NCBI GenBank assembly: GCA_049973735.1
Contig: JBMFJL010000004.1
Span: 1 to 23,874 of the forward strand
DNA from: Nanopusillaceae archaeon
GTDB lineage: Archaea; Nanobdellota; Nanobdellia; Nanobdellales; Nanobdellaceae
DNA: 23,874 bases
Direction: 5' to 3'
Part shown: in pieces, positions 14,987 to 23,451 of the stretch
Position numbering within the stretch: the first letter of the stretch is position 1
How the letters are laid out: every line of letters begins with the position of its first letter
The notes under the pieces: generated by a model
The model's input: only the letters and a program-made list of their open reading frames with translations
The model's database searches: none
Told to the model about the DNA's origin: nothing
Made by a program: the position numbers and the translations under genes

Positions 14987-15205
14987 CTAATATTTATTTT
15001 GATATTTTACTAAGTCTAAGAATCTTCTTTTGTTTAATTCATACATATATATTATTGCAGATACTGCTAAGTTTAATATACCATATTTATCATTTGTTGG
15101 TATAGTAGATATTAAGTCACAAAGTTTTAATTCTTCATATGTTAATCCATTACCCTCTCTTCCAAATACTAGATAAACAAAATAAAAGTAAATAATATGG
15201 AGAAA
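14987..15205 (-). pseudogene. C-terminal remnant of a SpoU/TrmH-type (SPOUT) RNA 2'-O-methyltransferase, with no start codon and an in-frame TAG upstream
   Basis: Minus-frame translation: FLHIIYFYFVYLVFGREGNGLTYEELKLCDLISTIPTNDKYGILNLAVSAIIYMYELNKRRFLDLVKYQNKY-stop. LVFGRE..GL and IP......LNLAV...I..YE are SpoU motifs 2 and 3. The frame is closed by TAG at 15206-15208. There is no ATG/GTG/TTG before the motifs. Only about 115 nt separate it from the next gene. Confidence 0.6.
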
Positions 15206-15322
15206 CTAATTGGTAAAATGGATTATAGGATTGAATATTTTTATAAAGATGAAAAAGACCTTAAAAGAATGATAAATAAGTTGGAAGAAATATATGTAAA
15301 GGATATTCAAATATTGAAATAG

Positions 15323-16156
15323 TTATATTTTAGGTTGATATATATGTATCATATATAGATAGGTAATATATGAAAAAGGAAGAATTACTACGAAGAAAAA
15401 GGTTAATGATGATAAGATTGATGGATTACCGGATGCGAATGAGAATAGAAATGCAAGTATTAACAATACTATTGGAAAAGTTATGAAGAAAAATGCATAT
15501 AATGTTATCCATAAATTTGTTTTTTCGTTGTATGCTTTCAACTGTATTTCATATTCTCCTAATCTTTCTTTTGCATATATTTTGGCAAAATCTCTTAAAG
15601 ATCCTCCAGATTTAATTACAGATACCAATCCATAAAGGAATTCTTTGAACTTTTCAGATGGTGTCGAATTTGCAACTTTTATTAATGCAGATACTATATC
15701 ATATCCGAATAGATCAATTAGCAATATTAAGTATGATAATTCTTTATTAATTGCGCCGAAGTTCTTCTTTTTATTCAATAGCTTAAATATTTCTATTATA
15801 TTCATTCCAGAACCGGAATAAGAGTAAAAGTATAAGGCAAAGAATGGTAGATTATCTTCTAAATCTTTTATATAATCTGCTCTAGCCATATCTGGATAAA
15901 AATAAAAATAAATAAAAACTAATGAAGAAACTATTATTGAAAACAATAAGTTCATTAAAAATAAAACTATGTCATAAAATCCTGCAGTTAATATTAATAT
16001 AAAAAACATAGAAATAAAACTAAGTATGAAGAATAATATTACATAGTCTATTACAATTTTTACATATTCTTCTACAGTTACTTTGAAACTAGTATAGACT
16101 AAAGATCCTTTTTTGTTTACAAAGTACGGATATAGTTTTCTTACAAGATATTTCAT
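15323..16156 (-). CDS. Type IV filament platform membrane protein with a single T2SSF domain (FlaJ/TadC-like, half-size)
   Basis: 277 aa. TM hairpins flank a cytoplasmic T2SSF-like segment (LPFFALYFYSYSGSGMNIIEIF...LIKVANSTPSEKFKEFLYGLVSVIKSGGSLRDFAKIYAKERLGEYE). 4-nt overlap with the upstream ATPase gene. Confidence 0.75.
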   Translation of the reverse strand: MKYLVRKLYPYFVNKKGSLVYTSFKVTVEEYVKIVIDYVILFFILSFISMFFILILTAGFYDIVLFLMNLLFSIIVSSLVFIYFYFYPDMARADYIKDLEDNLPFFALYFYSYSGSGMNIIEIFKLLNKKKNFGAINKELSYLILLIDLFGYDIVSALIKVANSTPSEKFKEFLYGLVSVIKSGGSLRDFAKIYAKERLGEYEIQLKAYNEKTNLWITLYAFFFITFPIVLLILAFLFSFASGNPSILSSLTFFFVVILPFSYITYLYMIHIYQPKI

Positions 16157-17703
16157 TTTATTTTTGATAGTAAAGCGTCTTTATCCAGATAATATAGCTT
16201 TATATAATCGCTAATCTTCTTTTGGTCTCTTATATTCTTTTTAACTAAATATTCTATTATTTCTTCTTTTTCTTCTATTGCATCCTTTATTGGCTTTTTG
16301 TAACCTCTCCTATATTTTAATTCTTCTTCTATTAATTTTCCTAGATTTTTTATTTCATATTTATCTTCATCTACATTCCATTTTACAGTTATTTCTGTCT
16401 CTATTTTTTCATTTTTGAATTTTCCAACTTCAACTATTTCTCTGATCCTTCTAGATGATGGAGAAATACTTCTCGCTCTAATCATAAATATAACTGCATC
16501 TAATAATGCTACATGATCAATTGGAAGATTTATTGGCGGTGTTGTTAGCCTTCTTATCAATGATCTCCATGTATCTGCGTGTATTGTTGATAGTGAAGAA
16601 TGACCAGAAGCCATACCTTGGAACATTACATATGCCTCTTCTCCTCTAACTTCTCCAACTACTACATAATCAGGATTTTGTCTAAAAGATTCTGCAAGTA
16701 AAGTATACATATTAATTTCTCCATAGTATTTATCTCCTATCATAAATCCTTTTCTTGTTGTTGCAGGTATCCAATTTTCATGATATAATTGTAATTCTCT
16801 AGTATCTTCTATGGATATTACTTTTGCATCCGGTGGTATAAACATTGATAAAACATTTAGTAGAGTTGTTTTACCTGAAGATGTAGGACCTGCAACAAGA
16901 ATATTAGCTCTATATTCTACTAAAGTCCAAAGATATGCAGCAACCTTTATATCTAAAGTATTTAATTTTATTAAATCTACTAACGATAACATCTGTTTTT
17001 TAAATTTTCTAATATCGAAGGTTGGACCTCTTGTTGTAATTTCCTGTGAATATGTTATATTTATTCTAGAACCATCTGGTAGGGTTGCATCTAAAAGTGG
17101 TTCTGCATATGATATATGTTTACCAGCTTTTTGAGCCAATTTTATTATAAATTTGTCTAGTTCTTCTCTTGAGAAATATATATTCGTTTTTAATGTACCA
17201 AATTTACTGTGATATACATATATAGGAGAGTCATAACCATCACAAGAAATATCTTCTATAAATACATCATGAAACAGAGGTTCTATTTTTTCAAGTCCCA
17301 ACATATCCCTCCATAAATAATAATAATATTTCATAAATGTTCTGGGATTTATTTTTATTTTAAATTTTTTTACATATTTATATAGTGCTTCAATTAATAT
17401 TGATTTTTTATCAGTATTCAAATACTTATCAGGATCAATATACATATCATCTAATACGAATTGTTTTACTTTATTTAAGAAAAATATCTCTTCATTAGAC
17501 AGTTCAGGTTCTAATACTTCATAAACCAACTCTTCTGATATTAAATCATAGTAAATATGAGCATATGCGAAATTTCCTATTAGTGGATAGATAATATTTA
17601 CTTTTTCTTTTTTCTCTTTTATTTCAAAATTTGGAATGTAATTTTGCTTTTTTATTTCCTCATCAAATTCTTTCAATATATCATTTACATTAATCTTTTT
17701 CAT
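16153..17703 (-). CDS. FlaI/PilB-type secretion ATPase (archaeal type IV filament assembly, VirB11/GspE superfamily)
   Basis: YEVLEPELSNEE N-domain motif. LVAGPTSSGKTTLLNVL (Walker A). PDYVVVGEVRGEEAYVMFQGMASGHSSLSTIHA (Walker B + His box). IEDTRELQL (Asp box). Confidence 0.9.
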   Translation of the reverse strand: MKKINVNDILKEFDEEIKKQNYIPNFEIKEKKEKVNIIYPLIGNFAYAHIYYDLISEELVYEVLEPELSNEEIFFLNKVKQFVLDDMYIDPDKYLNTDKKSILIEALYKYVKKFKIKINPRTFMKYYYYLWRDMLGLEKIEPLFHDVFIEDISCDGYDSPIYVYHSKFGTLKTNIYFSREELDKFIIKLAQKAGKHISYAEPLLDATLPDGSRINITYSQEITTRGPTFDIRKFKKQMLSLVDLIKLNTLDIKVAAYLWTLVEYRANILVAGPTSSGKTTLLNVLSMFIPPDAKVISIEDTRELQLYHENWIPATTRKGFMIGDKYYGEINMYTLLAESFRQNPDYVVVGEVRGEEAYVMFQGMASGHSSLSTIHADTWRSLIRRLTTPPINLPIDHVALLDAVIFMIRARSISPSSRRIREIVEVGKFKNEKIETEITVKWNVDEDKYEIKNLGKLIEEELKYRRGYKKPIKDAIEEKEEIIEYLVKKNIRDQKKISDYIKLYYLDKDALLSKIK

Positions 17704-17736
17704 AATATTTTATGAGGTCTTCAATATATTTAAGCT

Positions 17737-17976
17737 TTATTTGTTTATGAATGTTATGTTACCTATTCCATAGTAATATACATAAGCGAAAACTATATTT
17801 GATTGATTGTATAAAGTTATATATTTATGAATAAGGTTGTTTATATTTTCTTTTGTTGTACTAATACCAGATGACATATTATTTAAAATATTATAATAAA
17901 ATACAAGTGAAGAAAATATAAAAAATGATATTAGAGAAATAAATAATACTTGTTCTAATAATATTTGTCCTCTCAT
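17737..17976 (-). CDS. Small type IV pilin-like protein (class III signal peptide)
   Basis: MRG/QILLEQVLFISLISFFIFSSLVFYY: a short basic leader, Gly at -1, Glu at +5, then a hydrophobic helix. 79 aa. The start overlaps the stop of the upstream ORF by 4 nt. Confidence 0.65.
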   Translation of the reverse strand: MRGQILLEQVLFISLISFFIFSSLVFYYNILNNMSSGISTTKENINNLIHKYITLYNQSNIVFAYVYYYGIGNITFINK

Positions 17977-18494
17977 GAGTATATATATGAATAAAAGGCT
18001 GTGCCATTCTTGATTAACCTTATATTACAATTTCCTACACACATTCCTGTACAATTATTTGTTAATATTATAATTGATAGATAACTTTCATAGCATCCAT
18101 AGAGTATAGAATTATATCTATTTTCTAATAAATAATAACCATTGAATTTTGGGTCATAAAAATAATAACTTCCATAATATTCTATCAAATCTCCCTGATA
18201 AGTAAAATTGTTTAAAGTTGTTTGACAAAGATTATCAGATTGTATAACAGTAAAATTATTTACACAAAATATATTGTAGTTTTCTAGGTTATATTGTATA
18301 TTAAAATATAAGCTATTTTCTAAATTATATAATTCTTGAGCTATAAAGTTTGCCTGATATTCAAAGTTTCCTCTATTTAAAAAATTTATTGCATATATTT
18401 TGTTATTTTCCCACCAGGAATAAACTAAATAAAAAGATATTGCAGATAACAGTATTAGAAGAATATATTCGATATATATGTGTATAGACCTCAT
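17973..18494 (-). CDS. Hypothetical pilin-like or secreted Cys/Asn/Tyr-rich protein
   Basis: 173 aa. MRS-IHIYIEYILLILLSAISFYLVY N-terminus (possible degenerate class III signal). Asn/Tyr/Cys-rich ectodomain with sequons (NFT, NCT, NGT). Translationally coupled to the pilin gene. Confidence 0.5.
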   Translation of the reverse strand: MRSIHIYIEYILLILLSAISFYLVYSWWENNKIYAINFLNRGNFEYQANFIAQELYNLENSLYFNIQYNLENYNIFCVNNFTVIQSDNLCQTTLNNFTYQGDLIEYYGSYYFYDPKFNGYYLLENRYNSILYGCYESYLSIIILTNNCTGMCVGNCNIRLIKNGTAFYSYIYS

Positions 18495-18509
18495 AAGAAT
18501 ATTTTGTTT

Positions 18510-19838
18510 TTATACAATAAATATTTTTCTCTGATGATCTTCAACAAAGAAGATATCCTCTCCCAATGTATATCCCATGCTAGATACTATATTATAGTAT
18601 GAAGCTTTTTTGTTTATATCTCCATGGTTTGGAATAATATACTCTGGATTAAGCATCTTTATCAACATTTTGTGATCTTGTGCCTTAGCATGTCCAGATA
18701 CATGTACATCTTTTATGATAGATGCTTTTTTCCTTTTTAATCTTTCTTCTAGTATTTTTCTATTTGCTTCATTTATTGGATGTGGAACTACAGTATTTGC
18801 AAATATTACAGTTGTATCTTCCAGATTAAATTTTATATCTCCTCTTGCGATTCTATCAAGTATAGATCCTGGTTCTCCTTGATGACCTGTACAAACTACA
18901 ATGTACTCCTCCTTGTTTTTTTCAACCCTCTCAAATACTTTTTTATAATCTCTAGGATCTCCGTAAATTTCTGCTTCTGAAGAAAAATTAACCAAACCAA
19001 TTTCTTCAGCAGCTCTAATATATCTTAATAAACTTCTCCCTACAAAAACTACTTTCCTATTCATTTCTTTTGCCAAATCAATTATACTTTTCAATCTTGC
19101 GATATGGGAGGAAAATGTAGTAATAAAGATACCTTTAGTATCTATAGATCTTAGTACATCATATAACATATATTTTTCGATGATTTCTGATTGTGTCTTA
19201 GATTCTTCATCAGCTCTAGTAGTTTCTGTTATTAATAATAAAACATCTTCATTTCCTATTTCCTTTAATTTCTTATAATCTGGTCTTTTTCCAAGTAATG
19301 GAAAATTATCAAACTTAAAATCACCAGAAAATATTATATGACCTTTTTTAGTTATTATATCTATCATTAGTGATTGTGGTATTGAATGTGTCATATTAAT
19401 AAATCTAATTTTTATATTTTCTGAAATTTCAACTGTAGAATTTGGAGATATTTTCTTTAAATCATTTGGTAATATTATTCCATATTCTTTTTCTTGCATT
19501 TTAACTAGTTCTATTGTATATGGAGATCCGTATATAGGTACATTATATTTTGGTGCAATGAAATTTACTGCTCCAATATGATCTAGATGTCCATGGGTTA
19601 ATACAATAGCTTTTACTTTATTTTTATATTCTTCGAGTATACTATCGTTTGGAATTATATCTAAATCCAATAATTCTTTTATTGGTTTATTTATGAAATC
19701 TTCTCTTTCACCAAATTGCGATATTTTATCAACATTTAATCCTATATCTATTATTATAATTTCATCATCAATTCTAATTGCGCTCATGTTTTTTCCAATA
19801 TACGAATATCCTCCTATTGGTATTAATTCTATTTCCAT
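18510..19838 (-). CDS. rnj: Archaeal RNase J (beta-CASP metallo-beta-lactamase 5'-3' exoribonuclease)
   Basis: MEIELIPIGGYSYIGKNMSAIRI, VLTHGHLDHIGA (HxHxDH), FSGDFKFD, VVCTGHQGEP, VHVSGHA. About 440 aa, typical of the compact archaeal RNase J. Confidence 0.88.
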   Translation of the reverse strand: MEIELIPIGGYSYIGKNMSAIRIDDEIIIIDIGLNVDKISQFGEREDFINKPIKELLDLDIIPNDSILEEYKNKVKAIVLTHGHLDHIGAVNFIAPKYNVPIYGSPYTIELVKMQEKEYGIILPNDLKKISPNSTVEISENIKIRFINMTHSIPQSLMIDIITKKGHIIFSGDFKFDNFPLLGKRPDYKKLKEIGNEDVLLLITETTRADEESKTQSEIIEKYMLYDVLRSIDTKGIFITTFSSHIARLKSIIDLAKEMNRKVVFVGRSLLRYIRAAEEIGLVNFSSEAEIYGDPRDYKKVFERVEKNKEEYIVVCTGHQGEPGSILDRIARGDIKFNLEDTTVIFANTVVPHPINEANRKILEERLKRKKASIIKDVHVSGHAKAQDHKMLIKMLNPEYIIPNHGDINKKASYYNIVSSMGYTLGEDIFFVEDHQRKIFIV

Positions 19839-19878
19839 TTACTAAGACTTTTAAGAATAATTTTTTAATAATTTCTAA
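19839..19878. promoter_or_regulatory. 40-nt bidirectional promoter spacer between rnj (-) and glyS (+)
   Basis: ttactaagacttttaagaataattttttaataatttctaa. The TATA-like ttttaagaataa is centred about 25 nt upstream of the glyS ATG, and the complementary A/T box serves rnj. Confidence 0.35.
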
Positions 19879-21816
19879 ATGAATTCTATTGAAGATCTAA
19901 TAAAGGTATTTAAGGAAAAAGGATTCTTTTACGAGTCTCAGGAGATATATGGAAGTAGATCTGGTTTTTATGATTATGGATCAATAGGTACATTGCTAAA
20001 GAGAAAATTCGAAAATTTGTGGAGATTATATTTCGGAAAACTCTTTGATAATATATATGAAATACAACCTTCAGATATTATGAATAAGAATGTTTTTGTT
20101 GCATCAAGACACTTAGAATTATTTAATGACCCTATAGTAGAATGTAAAAATGGTCATAGATTTAGAGCAGACAAATTGATTGAAGAGGAATTAAAGATCA
20201 AAGCAGAGACTTTAAAGATTGAGGATATGAATAGAATATTTGAAGAAGGAAAAGTATTATGTCCTATATGTAAATCAAAACTATCTAATGTTAGGTTATT
20301 TAATTTAATGTTTCCAATATTTGTAGGACCAGAATCTGACTTATTTTTATATTTAGAAGATATTAGGAAAAGATATAATCTATATAAGGAACTAATTAGT
20401 AAGAAATTTAGAAGAATAAATGAAAAAAACGCTTCCTATATCTATAAAAAATATTTAATAAATAAAAATCTATATGCAATTGAAAATGAAGGTAAATTAT
20501 ATATTTTCGATGAAAATAAAGAAATAATAATAAGATATGATGAATTATCCAGAGAATATTACTATTATTCTGATAAAAATATTGATATTGGGGAAGAAGA
20601 AATAATTTATTTAGAAGAGTTATTCAATAAAATAAAATATATAGAATTATTTAGAGAAAAAGATTTAGAAAAAATAATAGAAAAGTATAATGATTTGTTG
20701 AATAATCAAATGTTTTTAAGACCAGAAACCGCACAAGGACCTTATGTCAACTTTCCTGAAGAGATAATAATAAATAGGTATAGATTGCCTTTAGGATTAT
20801 ATGTTATTGGGAAAGCATATAGAAATGAAATATCTCCAAGAAATGCTTTATTAAGAATGAGGGAATTTACCCAGGCAGAATTACAGATATTCTTCGATTA
20901 TTATAATAATAGGTTTAATGATGAGTTTGAAAAGGTAAAGGATAAAAAAATAAATGTTTTATTAGTTAAGGATAGAGATAAAGGAAGAGATTTCTTTGAA
21001 AAAAGTTTAAATGAAATATACATAGAAACTAGGATAGATAAATTCTATTTATACTTTTTGTATAAAGTATTTTTATTTTATACAGAAATATTAAAGGTAG
21101 ATAAAAATAAAATAAGATTTTATCAATTATCTGATGAAGAAAAATCTTTTTATAACATGTATCACTTTGATTTAGAAATAAATATAAAAAATATAGGATG
21201 GACAGAGGTTGGGGGAATACACTTCAGAGTATTGAAATTCAGAAAAGATATAATAGAAAGGGTTCCGGATGAATTAAAAGAAGATGTAAAGAAATTATTT
21301 GATAAAGATGAGATATTTGTTGGATATGATTTATGGAATCATTTCATCTTATCAAAGGATAGAAGATTTATATTAACAAGACCGGATGGAACAAAGTTCA
21401 TTCCAGTTGAGTTGGAACTATCTTTTGGAGTAGATAGAAATATATTTATGCTACTAGTAAATAATTATGAAAATATATTAAAATTGCCAGAATATTTGGC
21501 ACCAATACAAATTGCAGTATTTCCATTACTAGAAAATAATAATGATCATGTGAGAATTGCAAAAGAAATATATGAAAAGTTGAGGAAAAGATTTGATGTA
21601 TATTATGATGATTCTGGAAGGATTGGAATAAGATACAGAAGGCAGGATGAGATTGGAACACCATATTGTATTACTGTTGATAATCAAACTTTGAATGATA
21701 ATACAGTTACAGTAAGATTTAGAGATACAAAAGAGCAAATTAGAATAAGTATAAATGATTTGGAAAGATTTTTTGAGGAAAAATTTAACTATTGGAAAGT
21801 AGTAGATATAATATGA
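19879..21816 (+). CDS. glyS: Glycyl-tRNA synthetase (archaeal/eukaryal alpha2 type) carrying a ~125-aa insertion
   Basis: FYESQEIYGSRSGFYDYGSIG, NLMFPIFVGP, FLRPETAQGPY, GKAYRNEISPRNALLRMREFTQAELQIF (motif 2), LSFGVDRNIFMLL (motif 3), anticodon-binding FPLLENN...YDDSGRIGIRYRRQDEIGTPYCITVD. Confidence 0.93.
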   Translation: MNSIEDLIKVFKEKGFFYESQEIYGSRSGFYDYGSIGTLLKRKFENLWRLYFGKLFDNIYEIQPSDIMNKNVFVASRHLELFNDPIVECKNGHRFRADKLIEEELKIKAETLKIEDMNRIFEEGKVLCPICKSKLSNVRLFNLMFPIFVGPESDLFLYLEDIRKRYNLYKELISKKFRRINEKNASYIYKKYLINKNLYAIENEGKLYIFDENKEIIIRYDELSREYYYYSDKNIDIGEEEIIYLEELFNKIKYIELFREKDLEKIIEKYNDLLNNQMFLRPETAQGPYVNFPEEIIINRYRLPLGLYVIGKAYRNEISPRNALLRMREFTQAELQIFFDYYNNRFNDEFEKVKDKKINVLLVKDRDKGRDFFEKSLNEIYIETRIDKFYLYFLYKVFLFYTEILKVDKNKIRFYQLSDEEKSFYNMYHFDLEINIKNIGWTEVGGIHFRVLKFRKDIIERVPDELKEDVKKLFDKDEIFVGYDLWNHFILSKDRRFILTRPDGTKFIPVELELSFGVDRNIFMLLVNNYENILKLPEYLAPIQIAVFPLLENNNDHVRIAKEIYEKLRKRFDVYYDDSGRIGIRYRRQDEIGTPYCITVDNQTLNDNTVTVRFRDTKEQIRISINDLERFFEEKFNYWKVVDII

Positions 21817-21846
21817 TTATAAATGTGGAAATTATTTAAATAGATA

Positions 21847-23451
21847 ATGAAAAAGATTGCATTTATATCTCAGGAATTTTCCATAGAAAAGTTACCAACG
21901 TATGCGGGTGGATTGGGAATACTGGCAGGAGACCTTTTATATTCATCAAATGATCTAAAATATCCTATATACGGGATAACTTTTGTAAATAAAAATGGTT
22001 ATGGTTATTATGAGATAAAGGGAAAGGAAATAATATATAATGAGGAAAGTTATGATCCTATAGAGTATTTTTTAGAAGTAGAAGATACCTTTTATATAGA
22101 TTTAAAAGGAAAAAAAATATACTTTAAAGTTTGGAGATATAATTTACCATATTCTAATTTATTTTTATTTGATACAGATATGCCAAAGAATGATCCACAA
22201 ATTAGAAAATTAACTGGTAGATTGTATTATGAAGAAAGTCAGGAAGAGAGATTGTTGAAGGATTTATTATTGGGTCTAGGTGCGTTGGAATTCTTCGATA
22301 AAATTGGTATAGAAATAAATAAATATCATCTAAATGAGTCGCATGGAGGATTTCTGGCAATAGAATTATACAAAAGATATAAAAATATAGAAGAAGTTAG
22401 GAAAAGAATAATATTTACGACACATTCAATAATTGCTGGTCACGATTCATTTGATTATAATTTAGTAGAAAAATATTATGACATACCAAATGAAATAAAG
22501 TATTTATCTCCAGAAAAATTAAATTTAACAAAAATATTATTGAATTTGGCTGGATTTAAAAATGCAGTATCTTATAAACATAAAGTAATAACTGAGAAAG
22601 TATTTGGTGTAGAATTAGAATATATAACTAATGGTGTAAATCACATAAGATGGACAGATAGAAAGATAAAGATGTTATATGATACATATTTACCTGGTTG
22701 GAGAGATGAACCTTCAAAGTTATCTTATGCGCAAATAATAGATAGATCCCAATTCATTAAAATAAAAAATATGTTAAGGAAGGAATTAATAGATTATATA
22801 AATGTAAATGCATATTTAAATAAAGAATTTGAAGAAGATAGAATAATATTAACTGTTAAAAGAAGATTAGCAGAATATAAAAGATTTCATATGTTATTGT
22901 GGAGATTAGAAAGATTGGAAGAATTAAATAGAAAATATAGAATACAGTTCATATTATCTGGATCTTTCCATCCAAAAGATGAATTTACAAAAAATACAAT
23001 AAAATGGATCGTAGATATAATGTCAACTTTGAATTTACCAGTTGGATTGTTATTAAGGAGAGGATATGAACAGGAAAAAATAATATTATCTGGAACTGAT
23101 TTGTTTTTACACATTCCAAGACCACCATTTGAGGCATCTGGTACTTCATGGATGAGGGCAGGAATTAATGGAACTCCTACATTATTTTCAAGAGATGGTT
23201 CTCCACTAGAAATAATAATTGATGATTATAATGGATGGTTTTTTGGAGAAAATAATTATGATATAAATAGAAATACTGATGAAGAAGATGTAAAAGACTT
23301 CTATAATAAATTAGATTATATATTGAATCTTTACAGAAACAATTATAACAAATATATAGATATATCTATAAATGCTATAAAGACAATTGGACCTTTGTTT
23401 AATTCTCATAGGTGTTTGCTAGAATATATACATAGGGCATATGAGAAATGA
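21847..23451 (+). CDS. glgP: Short alpha-glucan (glycogen/maltodextrin) phosphorylase homologue, GT35, with substituted PLP-site lysines
   Basis: IAFISQEFSIEKLPTYAGGLGILAGDLL, HLNESHGGFLAIE, IFTTHSIIAGHDSF, ITNGVNHIRWT, KRRLAEYKR, PRPPFEASGTSWMRAGINGT. This matches the TIGR02094-type phosphorylase pattern, but with EASGTS-W-M-R where the family has M-K. Confidence 0.8.
   Translation: MKKIAFISQEFSIEKLPTYAGGLGILAGDLLYSSNDLKYPIYGITFVNKNGYGYYEIKGKEIIYNEESYDPIEYFLEVEDTFYIDLKGKKIYFKVWRYNLPYSNLFLFDTDMPKNDPQIRKLTGRLYYEESQEERLLKDLLLGLGALEFFDKIGIEINKYHLNESHGGFLAIELYKRYKNIEEVRKRIIFTTHSIIAGHDSFDYNLVEKYYDIPNEIKYLSPEKLNLTKILLNLAGFKNAVSYKHKVITEKVFGVELEYITNGVNHIRWTDRKIKMLYDTYLPGWRDEPSKLSYAQIIDRSQFIKIKNMLRKELIDYINVNAYLNKEFEEDRIILTVKRRLAEYKRFHMLLWRLERLEELNRKYRIQFILSGSFHPKDEFTKNTIKWIVDIMSTLNLPVGLLLRRGYEQEKIILSGTDLFLHIPRPPFEASGTSWMRAGINGTPTLFSRDGSPLEIIIDDYNGWFFGENNYDINRNTDEEDVKDFYNKLDYILNLYRNNYNKYIDISINAIKTIGPLFNSHRCLLEYIHRAYEK

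Noticed and set aside
15197-15322. 41-codon plus-strand ORF (MEKLIGKMDYRIEYFYKDEKDLKRMINKLEEIYVKDIQILK) in the EF-2 / platform-gene spacer
   Set aside because: It has no recognisable motif and no convincing TATA at the right distance. In ~27% GC DNA a 41-codon K/E/I-rich ORF arises easily. It could be a real micro-protein, but sequence alone does not support calling it.
20338-20712. GlyRS insertion considered as an intein or mobile insertion
   Set aside because: There is no Cys/Ser/Thr at the insert N-terminus, no His-Asn followed by Cys/Ser/Thr at the C-junction, and no homing-endonuclease (LAGLIDADG/HNH) motifs. Composition is the same as the host gene. It is treated as a lineage-specific domain insertion instead.
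1740-23114. ORF-track entries lying antisense to, or out of frame inside, well-supported genes: 1740-1928, 2104-2292, 2190-2513, 2440-2622, 2776-3015, 5502-5696, 5834-6217, 8366-8572, 8536-8721, 9588-9908, 10563-10853, 13213-13401, 14004-14252, 14225-14488, 14260-14562, 16811-17134, 18780-18980, 21446-21664, 21529-21738, 22887-23114
   Set aside because: Each is fully embedded in a longer ORF with recognisable motifs. Their translations are low-complexity (L/F/I/S-rich) mirror images of K/E/N-rich coding sequence. They have no motifs and no independent start context. They are typical shadow ORFs of AT-rich genomes.
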